From: Octopus bimaculoides
Lineage: Eukaryota
DNA: 64,000 nucleotides
Assembly: GCF_001194135.2 (NCBI RefSeq)
Contig: NC_068992.1
Location: 49,409,162-49,473,161 of the forward strand
Reading direction: 5' to 3'
In this document: in pieces, positions 24,763 through 37,577 of the stretch
Layout: the number at the start of each line of letters is the position of its first letter
Numbering within the stretch: position 1 is the stretch's first letter
Notes under the pieces: model-generated
What the model was told of the DNA's origin: nothing
Database searches by the model: none
Seen by the model: the letters and a program-made list of their open reading frames with translations, nothing else
Program-made: the position numbers and the translations under genes

Positions 24763-26351
24763 TATAATTAGTCTTAGTAATAACATACAAAGAAGCACAC
24801 TAGCAACCACATCTGGAAATTCTTCTGATCCCACCAGCTAAAATTGTCCGCTTTTTAAAGCATTCATATACCACCGTAAGTCTATGAAATTTCAAAATAT
24901 TTTGTTTTCGTTTTCGTTCTGGCAACGTCTCTAAGTGCAATTTTGTTGTTGATTTTTTGTTGTTGTTTAGCACTAGTTTATATCCCTGATCGAGTAGATA
25001 TATGGTTTAAAAAACAATTGCATCTATGATTTCGTTTATATTAAGGCTTGTAGGAATGTTTCCGTTCTTTATTAAACCGGTTGGGGTGTGATATTGAAGA
25101 GTGTTTGGCTAATGTTTCTAGGAGTTCACGCGACCACTTAAACAATCCTTCATTATCCTCAGTGCACTGAATTATGCAGCGGTGATGTATCGTTACCCTC
25201 ACATCACCAGTAACTGAGTACAACACAACGATCTTTCAATAAATTCTTTGTTGTCCTTCAAAACGGAAACATAAGACTAGTCTCAGGAAGTGCGTTAAAA
25301 AACAATAACAGAGTACAATTACAGTGACAATAACAACATCAACAACAATAAGAATCTCATCATCATCAACACCAACAGCAAAGACATCAACACCAACAGC
25401 AAGGGCATCAACAATAAAAACAAGAAAGCAGCGAATTGGAGCATTGGATAGAATGTCTTGCAATATTTGTTCCGACTCACGGAGTTCTGTTTTCAAATCC
25501 TGCCGGGGTCAATTTTGACTTTCATCTTTTCGAGGTTGATAAAACAAAAGTACCAATCGAGGGCTGTGGATTAACGGAATTGTAAGAATGTCGATCTGGA
25601 TGCCTTGCGGTATTTGTTCTGGCTGTTTGCATTCCGAGTTCTAATCCTACCATTGCCTGCTTATTGGTAGACTAATTGTAATTAGTTGGTAGACTAATTG
25701 TGAGCTAGAAATTATGGAATAGTTAAGGATATGATGTTGGAAAAAGTGTTAAGAAAAAAATCTCAAAAGTTCTGTTTATTTGGGAAATTTCAGTATAAAC
25801 TTTTCAAATTCATTCAAATCAATATAATAAATTTGAAGTATTTTAACTATGTAATGTATATATAACATGGTTTTATTTTCAAAGATCTCTTGACTCAACA
25901 GAATAACATTACATTGATCTAATCTCGAAGATAATATATTCACGAACAGTATGAATTACAATAGAGTGAGCAAGCTGTTATCGAATGTCGACAGTGAGCT
26001 GTTGCTAATTTGCGTGGTTCATAACTGTAACTAAAGGAAGGTAAAGGTTGCCAGTAATTGTAAATTTAAAAGAATTAAAACAAAAGAATACATGATTGCT
26101 TTTCAAACATGAAATACAACCAGAAAATTAGAAAATAATACATAAAGAAAGATATTATCGAAGTATGTCAAAAATTATTTAAATTGCTGCTCGAGAAAAT
26201 ATGCCCAAATCGAAAACAAAAATATACAGTGAGTCCAAGGCCCGCAAAGGCAAGTGTCTTCTACTATAGCTTTGCGCTAACCAAAGCCTTGTGAGTGGAA
26301 TTGGTAGACGAAAACTGAAAGAAGCCCGTCGTATAAATATGTGTGTGTATG

Positions 26352-26399
<48 letters not shown>

Positions 26400-26990
26400 T
26401 GCGTGCGTGTGTGTGTNNNNNNNNNNNNNNNNNNNNNNNNNNNNNNNNNNNNNNNNNNNNNNNNNNNNNNNNNNNNNNNNNNNNNNNNNNNNNNNNNNNN
26501 NNNNNNNNNNNNNNNNNNNNNNNNNNNNNNNNNNNNNNNNNNNNNNNNNNNNNNNNNNNNNNNNNNNNNNNNNNNNNNNNNNNNNNNNNNNNNNNNNNNN
26601 NNNNNNNNNNNNNNNNNNNNNNNNNNNNNNNNNNNNNNNNNNNNNNNNNGTTTTCTGTTATAGTTGGCAAATTGCCAAAGGTAAGTAGTTTTTCTTATTT
26701 TGTTGAGTATTTGCTGTTTTTATCTATTACGTTATTTTTAGCATTGAGTTCAGTTTTTAGCCTTAGTCTGTCTTTGCGGAAGTACTCCTTTCTAATTTTC
26801 ATTTACATTTCTGTGCTGCAACCCCGACCCTTGTCATTTCAACTTCTGGTTTACTTTTATAGGCTTTGTTGAAGAAAGTAAACAGTTTTTTTTGCCTTGT
26901 TCGTGTTTTTGTAGACATTTGTATTAGTTTTCCACAAGTATTTACTAGATATTTTATCCGTTCTACTTCATAATATCTTTCTACTTGCAG

Positions 26991-27344
26991 AAGGCGCCAA
27001 TATGACCTGATTGAAATTTTGGGTGGTGAATTTTAAATTAGTTATTGCATTGTTTATTCTTTATTTCTAGTTTTGGTATTTCATTCAACTATAATTTGTA
27101 ACCAACTTGTTAATTTGGTATTTCATTCAGCTGTAATATGTCATAGTTATAATTTCACTCAATTATAACCTACATCATACTATTGTGACAGTCAGTGTAT
27201 TGATGTCTGTTACCTATTTTTGCATTTGCTTGTTTTAAGTATAAATTTCTTGCGTATATATTATTTCTTCTTAAAATTTTTCTTTCATTTGTGTGTTGCA
27301 CAGAGACAGTGGATTACAAGAATCGTCAGAGCGTTGGAGAAATG
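26991..27344 (+). CDS. two phase-compatible candidate exons (26991-27025, 27304-27344): xRRQYDLIEILGETVDYKNRQSVGEM
   Basis: Acceptors ATCTTTCTACTTGCAG and TTTCTTTCATTTGTGTGTTGCACAG. Donor GTGAAT; the second donor is weak. The flanking sequence is T-rich on the + strand. Confidence 0.22.
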
Positions 27345-27454
27345 GTTTTGTGCCATTCTGGCTCTTTATATTTTAAGTTCATATGCTACTGAGGCCATTT
27401 TTGCAGGTCGATAAAATTCAAGCCCTGTACCTATAACAAAATGGTTTATTATTA

Positions 27455-28090
27455 AAGCGGTGAGCTAGCAGAATCGTTAGCGCATCGGAAAAAATTCTTG
27501 GTGGCATTTCTTCGGACTCTTTAACTCTCTAAGCTGAAATCCCACCGCGGTCAAACTTTGTAATTCATCCATTCTGGCTCGATATAATAAAGTAGTGGGA
27601 TGGATGGGATCAACTAACTCTTTCTTCACTAAACTGTTGCCTTTGTGTCTAAATTAAAAGCTATTCTTAATAGCAGTGAGTTTGCAGAATATTTAGGGCA
27701 TCGATCAAAAAGCCTAGCGGTATTTCCTTCTGACTCATTAGGTTCTGAGTTCAAATTCGGCCAGAGTCAACTTCATTTCTGGGTCAAGTAATAAGTACCA
27801 GTTGAGGACTGGGATCGATGTAATCGATTTAACCCCTTCCTTTAAATTTGCTGACCTTCTGAAAAATATTTGTAACTAAAGGTAGCGAGCAGACAGAATC
27901 TAACAGGCCGGATAAAATGCTTAGTGGCATTTCTTCTGACTTTGCGTTCTGAGTTCAAGTGTCGGTGAGGTCAACTTTGCTTTGCAACCTTTCGGAGTCG
28001 ATAAGGTAAGTAGCAGTTGAGCACTGGGATTGATTTAGTCGTTTAGTTCCATCCTACCAAATTTCAAGCCTTGTACATATTTGAGAAAGG
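27455..28090 (+). mobile_element. array of three diverged head-to-tail family B SINEs
   Basis: Heads at about 27455, 27670 and 27880 (GCGGTGAGCTAGCAGAAT, GCAGTGAGTTTGCAGAAT, GTAGCGAGCAGACAGAAT). Confidence 0.85.
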
Positions 28091-29657
28091 ATTGCTATAG
28101 TTATTAGCAACATTGTCGTGTGTCTGAATTTTGCGCTCCCATTTCTTGTAAAATGTCTGTTGGTTCTGTTTCGGAGGGGACGTGATACGATAAACAGAAT
28201 TTAATAATGTATATTTTTATGGTAGTATATGAAAGAAGACATGGCGAGTGATAGGTGTTAACTATCTCAAATGCTCAACAAAACTTAAAAAACAAAACAA
28301 AACAAAAACTAAATATTTGGCACCAATCCTACAGAAATTAATTGTCAGGAAATATAAGATAAGTGGTTTTGAAGAACTTCGAAGAAAAATACTTCACAAT
28401 TTTGTATGTTTATTATTTTTATTAAACGTTTAATTTGTTTTATCTTTTATTCTATTACGTACAATACTTCAGTTTTTTTGTTTTTTTTTGTTATCATCCG
28501 AAAGAGACAATCTAGTTATTGTTTATCGAATGCAGACGATAAGAACGTGTAGAAAGGTTAGCAAACAAAACTGAAATAGGTCATAAGTATATTCAATAAA
28601 ATTCCTATTCATCAAGATATACATTAGATAAAAAAAAATATAATTAACTATTTGATGTAATCTCTCTCTCTCTCTCTCTCTTTATATATATANNNNNNNN
28701 NNNNNNNNNNNNNNNNNNNNNNNNNNNNNNNNNNNNNNNNNNNNNNNNNNNNNNNNNNNNNNNNNNNNNNNNNNNNNNNNNNNNNNNNNNNNNNNNNNNN
28801 NNNNNNNNNNNNNNNNNNNNNNNNNNNNNNNNNNNNNNNNNNNNNNNNNNNNNNNNNNNNNNNNNNNNNNNNNNNNNNNNNNNNNNNNNNNNNNNNNNNN
28901 NNNNNNNNNNNNNNNNNNNNNNNNNNNNNNNNNNNNNNNNNNNNNNNNNNNNNNNNNNNNNNNNNNNNNNNNNNNNNNNNNNNNNNNNNNNNNNNNNNNN
29001 NNNNNNNNNNNNNNNNNNNNNNNNNNNNNNNNNNNNNNNNNNNNNNNNNNNNNNNNNNNNNNNNNNNNNNNNNNNNNNNNNNNNNNNNNNNNNNNNNNNN
29101 NNNNNNNNNNNNNNNNNNNNNNNNNNNNNNNNNNNNNNNNNNNNNNNNNNNNNNNNNNNNNNNNNNNNNNNNNNNNNNNNNNNNNNNNNNNNNNNNNNNN
29201 NNNNNNNNNNNNNNNNNNNNNNNNNNNNNNNNNNNNNNNNNNNNNNNNNNNNNNNNNNNNNNNNNNNNNNNNNNNNNNNNNNNNNNNNNNNNNNNNNNNN
29301 NNNNNNNNNNNNNNNNNNNNNNNNNNNNNNNNNNNNNNNNNNNNNNNNNNNNNNNNNNNNNNNNNNNNNNNNNNNNNNNNNNNNNNNNNNNNNNNNNNNN
29401 NNNNNNNATAAGTACCAGTTAAACACTAAGGTCGATGTAGTCGACTTATTTCTCCCCCGAAATTGCTGGCCTTGTGCCAAAATTTGAAGCCAATATTAAG
29501 ACGTTCTTATCCGGTATTTCAATGCGATATTTATATAGAAAATTCCCTGAAACCAACCTATAAATTTCTAAGACAAATATGTCACACGTGTTCATTTATT
29601 ATTATTATTATTATTATTATCATTATCATCATCATCATCATCATTACCATCAATACT

Positions 29658-29849
29658 TGGCAGCTGTTCTCTAGGCAGCCGAGGTCGGTCCGGTTTTCCA
29701 CGGTTGGATCGCTGCTTTGTACAGCGGCATCTGCTCGGTTGTTCGGGTGAATGGTCACCTGTCAGAACCATAAGCATCTTGCGCTCGGTCCGGCAAGGGT
29801 GTCCTCTCTCTCCTCCCTTCTGTATGTGCTGACTCTTGAGCCATTACTT
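29658..29849 (+). mobile_element. L1/Tx1-clade LINE reverse transcriptase fragment
   Basis: VGPVFHGWIAALYSGICSVVRVNGHLSEP.SILRSVRQGCPLSP.LYVLTLEPLL contains the RQGCPLSP RT motif. Confidence 0.88.
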
Positions 29850-30073
29850 AGCTGGGAACCAGTTCCGCAATGATGATGACATCATATCTGCTGTTGATGA
29901 ACCTTTTGACCAAAAGTACGAAAGCTTTTTCTCCAATGGGATCCAAGCATCGCAACATCGATGGAAGAAATGTGATAATTGCAAGGGTGACTATGCTGAA
30001 ATATAAACTTCATTTGATCACATTCTATGAGAATATCTCGGTCAGCTTATGAACGTTTCAGCCGACCCTCGTA
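29850..30073 (+). mobile_element. mariner 3' fragment with right TIR
   Basis: GNQFRNDDDIISAV...FFSNGIQASQHRWKKC..CKGDYAEI*. Ends TTTCAGCCGACCCTCG|TA. Confidence 0.85.
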
Positions 30074-30089
30074 TAACGTCTCTTGATAT

Positions 30090-30410
30090 CTATCGAAAAT
30101 TTGTATAACTATTCTGTTCGTTTTGTGCTGCTGTACATAGACTCTGTCGTTAGCGTGCTGCTGTACTAATGTTCTCTGTCCTTTTTATACTGTTGGGATT
30201 GTAACACCATCGCCTTCTCAGTTCATATATCGTCTGGAAAGTACGAGTGTATGTCGTATACTTTTCTCGTTCTAATTCATGGTTGATGTTTCCGGAGTCA
30301 ATTGAGCGGAACTTTTTGAAAAGCCTTCTGCTACTCAATCCATTTCTACGCTGATACCAATTTTTGCTCCTTCGCTGGATTTTGCTTGTGTCTTCTTTGG
30401 GCAATGATCA
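30090..30410 (-). mobile_element. decayed Ty3/Gypsy pol (RT connection/RNase H) fragment
   Basis: One frame with stops reads KWIE*QKAFQKV...AMVLQ...YSSTLTTESMYSSTKR, resembling Gypsy W..EQ.KAF...GAVL.Q...YASRTLT.AE.NYS.TEKE. Confidence 0.5.
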
Positions 30411-30424
30411 TTCAATACTACAAT

Positions 30425-30808
30425 TGTTGGCACTCCGTCGCTTACGACCTCGAGGGTTCCAGTCGATCCGATCAACGGAACAGCCTGCTCATGAAATTAA
30501 CGTGCAAGTGGCTGAGCACTCCACAGACACGTGTACCCTTAATGTAGTTCTCGAGGATATTCAGCGTGACATAGTGTGACAAGGCTGACTCTTTGAATTA
30601 CAGGTACAACAGAAACAGGAAGTAAGAGTGATAGAAAGTTGTGGTGAAAGAGTACAGCAGGGTTCGCCACCATCCCCTGCCGGAGCCTCGTGGAGCTTTA
30701 GGTGTTTTCGCTCAATAAACACTCACAACGCCCGGTCTGGGAATCGAAACCGTGATCCTATGACCGCGAGTCTGCTGCCCTAACCACTGGGCCATTGCGA
30801 CTCCACAC
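30425..30808 (-). mobile_element. full-length family C SINE, perfect 12-bp TSD
   Basis: TSD CAATACTACAAT at 30413-30424 and 30809-30820. Confidence 0.96.
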
Positions 30809-30865
30809 CAATACTACAATATAACAGAATAAATGTAATATGTGTGTATAAATTCACCCTTCCAT

Positions 30866-30868
30866 CAT

Positions 30869-30939
<71 letters not shown>

Positions 30940-30945
30940 GCAGCA
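30866..30945. repeat. (TCA)n grading into (GCA)n
   Basis: Directly visible. Confidence 0.95.
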
Positions 30946-31599
30946 TTTCCTTGTAAACGCTGTGAGGCTTGTTTGAATTATGGATGCTAATTATCCCACA
31001 TATATGTATAAATATATAGAATTTTGCCGGATGGATTGTATTTGTAATTCAGAAGTTACAACCTTCTCACATAGTGCGTCACGTTGGTTCTATCGGAATA
31101 TTACGTTAAGAGTACACTTATCCGTATGAATTACTCGCTCCTGAATTAATATATACCTTTCACGTAATTCTCTGGTAGAACTAGCGTGACTCAGTGAGTA
31201 GCTTTTAAATGACAGGAACACGCGGCAACCTTCTTCGCAGAGTTTTGATTGATTCAGTTTCACTTTTAAGATATAGGTTGACCCGAGGCTATAGAAAATG
31301 GCACTTGCTCAAGATTCCACGAAGCGAATTACTTAACCATTCGGGCATACTGCGTTCACACACACACACACACAGATGCACACACGCGCAGCATCAGTAA
31401 CAATGGCTCTATTGAGACTCACGTCAACCAAGGTAGCATAACCGCAGCCGTATGCTAGAGAAGGTGCACTATCTGGTTCTCCAACACCATCGGCTCACAC
31501 ACAAATATCCAGCAATATAACATTATAGTTTGATTAAAAGAAGGAAAAACAATGAGATAAGATAAAATTTTCGAAAATTAAAGCTTTGGGAAAATATAA

Positions 31600-32270
31600 G
31601 TGAAATAAGCAACCAATCACCGAAAGAAGTACCTCAAAATTATTTAACCAAGGAACCAAAGAGGAAGGAAAAGGAACTAAGCAACGAAAGAAGAGGAGGG
31701 AGTAACAAGGTGTACATCCCTGTCCGTATAACGTATTTAACCGCGCCCCGCGGACATAATAACATAGGCATTGCTGCAGAGAATGGTCAGCCACACTTAT
31801 AGTTCACCAACAGTTCTCTACGCCAGTGACATATATAGAAGAGCGCCGTGAAAATCGACAGAAAAATAGATGTGTTTCACTAAAGATGTTTGTGATGGAT
31901 TCTGAAAGCGTACTGGATAGACCACGTAATCAAACGCAGACATTCTAAAGAGAGCCAACACAAAACCACTTCGCGAAAGCATCACAGAACGAGGATTAAA
32001 GCCAGCAAGTCATATACTTTGCCCACCAGAAGAACGCCATTCTAAAACAACTTTCTAATGGATACTGCCTGAGGAGGGGGGGGCTTAGAGAACGCCGAAA
32101 ACTACATGGGACAGACCACTCATAATCGACATGAGAGTGGTGAATATCACATGCCCGGATGTCACATGCTAACCAATAGAGATCAGTGGCGTCGACTTGC
32201 TGCCCAGCGTGCTCAAGAGTACATGAGAAACTAATTCCGATACTGACATACATACATACATACATGTATG
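31600..32270 (+). mobile_element. RTE-clade LINE 3' end, decayed, with (ACAT)n tail
   Basis: Fragments SPTVLYASD, KIDRKIDVFH, TKPLRESIT, NRDQWRRLAAQRAQEYMRN*, followed by a microsatellite tail. Confidence 0.75.
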
Positions 32271-32302
<32 letters not shown>

Positions 32303-33103
32303 NNNNNNNNNNNNNNNNNNNNNNNNNNNNNNNNNNNNNNNNNNNNNNNNNNNNNNNNNNNNNNNNNNNNNNNNNNNNNNNNNNNNNNNNNNNNNNNNNN
32401 NNNNNNNNNNNNNNNNNNNNNNNNNNNNNNNNNNNNNNNNNNNNNNNNNNNNNNNNNNNNNNNNNNNNNNNNNNNNNNNNNNNNNNNNNNNNNNNNNNNN
32501 NNNNNNNNNNNNNNNNNNNNNNNNNNNNNNNNNNNNNNNNNNNNNNNNNNNNNNNNNNNNNNNNNNNNNNNNNNNNNNNNNNNNNNNNNNNNNNNNNNNN
32601 NNNNNNNNNNNNNNNNNNNNNNNNNNNNNNNNNNNNNNNNNNNNNNNNNNNNNNNNNNNNNNNNNNNNNNNNNNNNNNNNNNNNNNNNNNNNNNNNNNNN
32701 NNNNNNNNNNNNNNNNNNNNNNNNNNNNNNNNNNNNNNNNNNNNNNNNNNNNNNNNNNNNNNNNNNNNNNNNNNNNNNNNNNNNNNNNNNNNNNNNNNNN
32801 NNNNNNNNNNNNNNNNNNNNNNNNNNNNNNNNNNNNNNNNNNNNNNNNNNNNNNNNNNNNNNNNNNNNNNNNNNNNNNNNNNNNNNNNNNNNNNNNNNNN
32901 NNNNNNNNNNNNNNNNNNNNNNNNNNNNNNNNNNNNNNNNNNNNNNNNNNNNNNNNNNNNNNNNNNNNNNNNNNNNNNNNNNNNNNNNNNNNNNNNNNNN
33001 NNNNNNNNNNNNNNNNNNNNNNNNNNNNNNNNNNNNNNNNNNNNNNNNNNNNNNNNNNNNNNNNNNNNNNNNNNNNNNNNCGCCTTTCGGAATAAGTTTA
33101 TTC

Positions 33104-33303
33104 TTTTTCTACTCCGAAATTTTAGGGGAGGGGGCCAGTCGATTAGATCGACCCAGTACGCAACTGATACTTAATTTGTCAACCCCGAAAGGATGAAAGG
33201 CAAAGTCGACCTCGGCGGAATTTGAACTCAGAACGTAGCGGCAGGCGAAATACTGCTAAGCATTTCGCCCGGTGTGCTAACGTTTCTGCCAGCTCGCCGC
33301 CTT
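33104..33303 (-). mobile_element. family B SINE bracketed by a 23-bp direct repeat
   Basis: Near-consensus body. CGCCTTTCGGAATAAGTTTATTC occurs at 33081-33103 and 33298-33320. Confidence 0.92.
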
Positions 33304-35465
33304 TCGGAATAAGTTTATTCAATTTAGCACTAATTTTACATGTATTTTTTCTCACATTCTCAGAAGTGAATTTTAAAAATGACAAATTTAAATGACATGT
33401 TTTATCATGCAAGTTTTATTATGTTGTTATAGCTACAAGGAAGAAATAAATTACGTGATTCTTCTGCCCACGAAAGTCTTTTCCATTGCTACAATCGTAA
33501 CCGGTCGGTATCAGCTGCATTTTATATCCCTTTCTCTTACACCAGCTTGTCATCATGGAGCCCCGAACTTTGGAAACAATCAGGAAATTAAATGATCTGT
33601 GAAACCCTCAAGAACCCATTAGTAAATTGAAAGCTAGTAACAAACTTCATGTAAACACGACCTGCATTGAGGGCTAGGTAACAGTGTGTAAATTCTAATT
33701 CTACCTAAATGAGGCAAAGACGGTATATCTAAGTACCAAATAGTTAAAATGAACTGACTACATCGAAATCACTGTTAATTACAATTGGAAATAAGGGAAT
33801 GATAGATGTGGTAGGTTTCAATTCAATGTTTTTATTATAATTGTTTTGCTGATCCTGGAAGCTTTGCAAATGTATGTATGTATATATGTATGTATGTATG
33901 AATGTATGTTATAATTCAGTTTTATTTCAAAATTTCTTACCATTAGAGAAAGATCCGGTTCCTAATCTAGACCAAAGGCTCCTTCATTGGAATTTCAGCA
34001 TCAACAGGGAATTAACGTATGTATGCAGTTTTTTGTATGTATGTATGTATGTATGTATGTATGTATGTATGTATGTATGTATGTATGTATGTATGTATTG
34101 ATCGATCCTTTTAAACACCCTTCCCTTCAGCTACCTTTCCACTTACCTATTTACCTATTTATTGAACTATCAGGCAACGCTTTTTTTTTTTATCTATTTA
34201 TCTTTTATTGCACCCTCTTATATATGTACTTACCAACCTATATCTTTCCTTATCTACATTCCAATCTTCGTATTTGCCGACCTGTCTACCTTACAATATA
34301 AACCAGGATGCGAGCATTTAGAGTTTGTGACTCGGCTAATAAGATATGTGATATGTGACCAGAGATTTTTTGATATAGGCACAGGTATGGCCGTATGATT
34401 AAGAATCTCGCTTCGTAATCATGTGGTCTTCCGTGACCCTCAGGACATGTATGTCTATAAAGACCTGTAAGGTCATGTCAATGCTGACCATCTGTCCGTA
34501 ATGTGTTACGTAACAAGCCAAAGTTCAACGTTGTCTCTGACGTTTTTGTTTTTCACTGAAACCTCAATAGTTCTTCATTCTATATACCGAGGAACCGTCT
34601 TGTGGGCCAGCATGTGATGCACTAACTCAGTATGTTGATTCAACCAGTCCTCAGTTTTAAAACTATGCATGTAGTTCCAGATTATCTTCACCCGATGTAG
34701 GAGATACCACATCACTTTTCAACAAGTGTTATCACCAGATATTCTTTGAAGGGCAAGACAAGCCACTGTAGCTTTCACAATGCGGAAATAAGTTTAGGGG
34801 CAGTAACTCACTTGCTTTGGCTCCGTAGCATTGCTGCATTGCTTTTCGATCAACCAAATACACCATATACAACATTCGTCCACTGTAAATGACATTGCTA
34901 AAGAACAAGAAAAGGTTTTCTACTTAAATTGCTAACATTAAAAAATTATAGGTTTGGCAAGAACTATATGTATGTGTGAGTGTTGTTATAACCAATATTG
35001 TTTGTTTTTCTTGCTGAGAATATTTAAGTCAAGATTACTACCGTAACCTATCATAAAGTCATTATTTTTTCTCCGTGTGTCTGTTTAGTGATAGTAGCCT
35101 TCTTTTTCTGGTCTTCCTTTTTTTTTTCTTTCCTTTCCTTTGATTTGTGCTAATATTTTTTTCACTATTGTTTTAAATGGGGGCGTACGTGTTTATTTTG
35201 GTGCTACTGCCACTGTGGTGAACAATCCTTCCAGTTACGGAAAACTGCGGTGTATTATGAGTAAGAGAAATGTTTGAAAATATAAATGTAAAACGTCGAA
35301 AGACAAGCCTAATTTTTTTCGCCTCAAGGTAAAGCGAGATGAACAGGAGTTATGTTGGTCAAACTTTATCTCAACTAAAGTTGTCCCAAGAAACTTTCAT
35401 TAAATCCAATCATGATAAATGTCGGTTTGTTACAGATCTAGTTTGGGGGCATATGTTCAACTTGA

Positions 35466-35505
<40 letters not shown>

Positions 35506-37490
35506 ATAATAATAATAATAATAATAATCCTTTCTCCAATTTGGGGGGAAGGGTTTAAGTTGACCCAAGTACCCCACTGGTACTTAATTTATCGACCCCC
35601 AAAAGGATGAAAGTTAAGGATTTGAACTGAAAACGAAAAGGGCTATAGCTAAACACCATAAGATATTTTATCCGATGGTCAATTTTTTTTTTAAGTTACA
35701 GTATAAAGATATGGACGATAGTGGAGAAGTTGAACAAATTAATTACGGGACTTGATTTTTAGGCATCCGGATGTTCTCTTCTTCCTTGTTTTGTATTTTT
35801 ATATTTCTTTTATTATTATTATTGTCATAGTTATTTCGGGGGCATGTTAACAACACCTGTGTGAATAGGGACAGATATGTATAAAATGTGAACTATGTAT
35901 TGGATCGGAACTAAACTAGCCCTGAATAACTGGCTGAAATTTTTCTGTTGTTTTTCAATGAGCATATATTATTATTATTATTATTTTTTATTATTATTAT
36001 TGTTGTTGTTATCATCATTTACGAACTCTGGCAAGTTAGTTATTGTTTATTGGGTGGTCCAGCTGTTTAAAGGACGTTTTTATACAATTTCCTGAAAGTA
36101 AATATTTCTCTAAACTAATGGGAGTGTTATGTAACTAATACCAATGAATGCCATTCCTGAAATTTAGGTGAAAAAGGCCGCCTTGCTTCGCTTAAATTAA
36201 CTGAATAAGCAGACATAGAAGATTTAAAAAGCCACTTTCGTTATCGTTTAGCGTTAACATTATAAGGACATCACAAACTATTTGAAATATTCACAAACAC
36301 ACTCTTCAGATAATTCTGTCTTCTATTCATCCTACCACTATCATTTTCTTTGTTTTTGTAAGTTTAATATTTTATCATGTTTTCTGGCTGTTTCTCAGTT
36401 TTGTTTTGTTTACTATTCCGTCTAACCAACACTGTTCTGTCTTCAGCTTTTATCACACTCGAATTTAATCTTTTATCCGTATGTTTATGAGATATTGACC
36501 GAGTATAGAAACCCTCGGATATTTACATAAATACACTCAAACTTATTTCTTCCGTAACTAACATATTATTTATTCGGTAATGGCGGTTTAGTTGAAAGTA
36601 ACAAAACAGGCAGACGACAAGATGAAAAAAAGATATATTTCGTTATTGTTATATGTTCTTGAAAAAAAATTGTTGAATACATAAATAACTTAAATTTCTT
36701 CGCATTTTATCATCTATTCTTTCATTATTTCTCTATATTCTATTTCACTGTTATCTTTTTGTTCTCGTGTTTTGTTTCCTGGTTTATCTGTTTTGATTCC
36801 CCAAGAGCATTGTAAATGAAGTTTTCAGCTGGGGAGTGAAACCACATTCTGGTTGGTTTATTCTTGCTTTCTTCGATGTTTCTCTTCCAATTTCCTCTTT
36901 GAATATCCGTTTTCGTATTCCTACGATCTTCATCACTCTAGAATTTCCTGTCTTTTCGAGATTTGGAGAATGAATTAAAATACTGGCGACCAAAAGTATT
37001 ACCTTATATCACTAGAGACATAAAGAACGTGGCTAGAAATATCACTGCCAATCACATGCTGAAACAAAATCTGTCGCTTGTGTCATAGGAAAACGTACAT
37101 AGCATTATGACCGCCGCTACTGGGTGACTTTGTCTGTTACTGAAAGACTTTTGTTCTATTTAACAAAGTACGTCCACAAGAGATATTATCTACGGACGAA
37201 TGTCGCACTTGAGTTATCTTTCCCTCATATATTTGCATTAAGTATGATACACTAATGGCTATTTTAATCTAATACTGCTTCTGATGTATACAGCGACTTT
37301 TCATTCGGAAAAGTTGGTAAGTGCAACACCAGTGATTTTTCAATCACAATTTTCCTTTCTGTCTGTCTGTATACATAAGTATGCAAATATATGCAAATAT
37401 ATGTGTATGTATGAATATATGTATATAACTGTATATCTAAGTATGTGTGTGCGTATGCATGTATTTGTGTATGTGTGTGTGTGTGTGTGT

Positions 37491-37577
<87 letters not shown>

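Noticed and set aside
36760-36930. Minus-strand frame containing GNWKR, a possible neuropeptide precursor
   Set aside because: No amidation Gly, no repeated peptide units, no signal peptide, and purine-rich low complexity.
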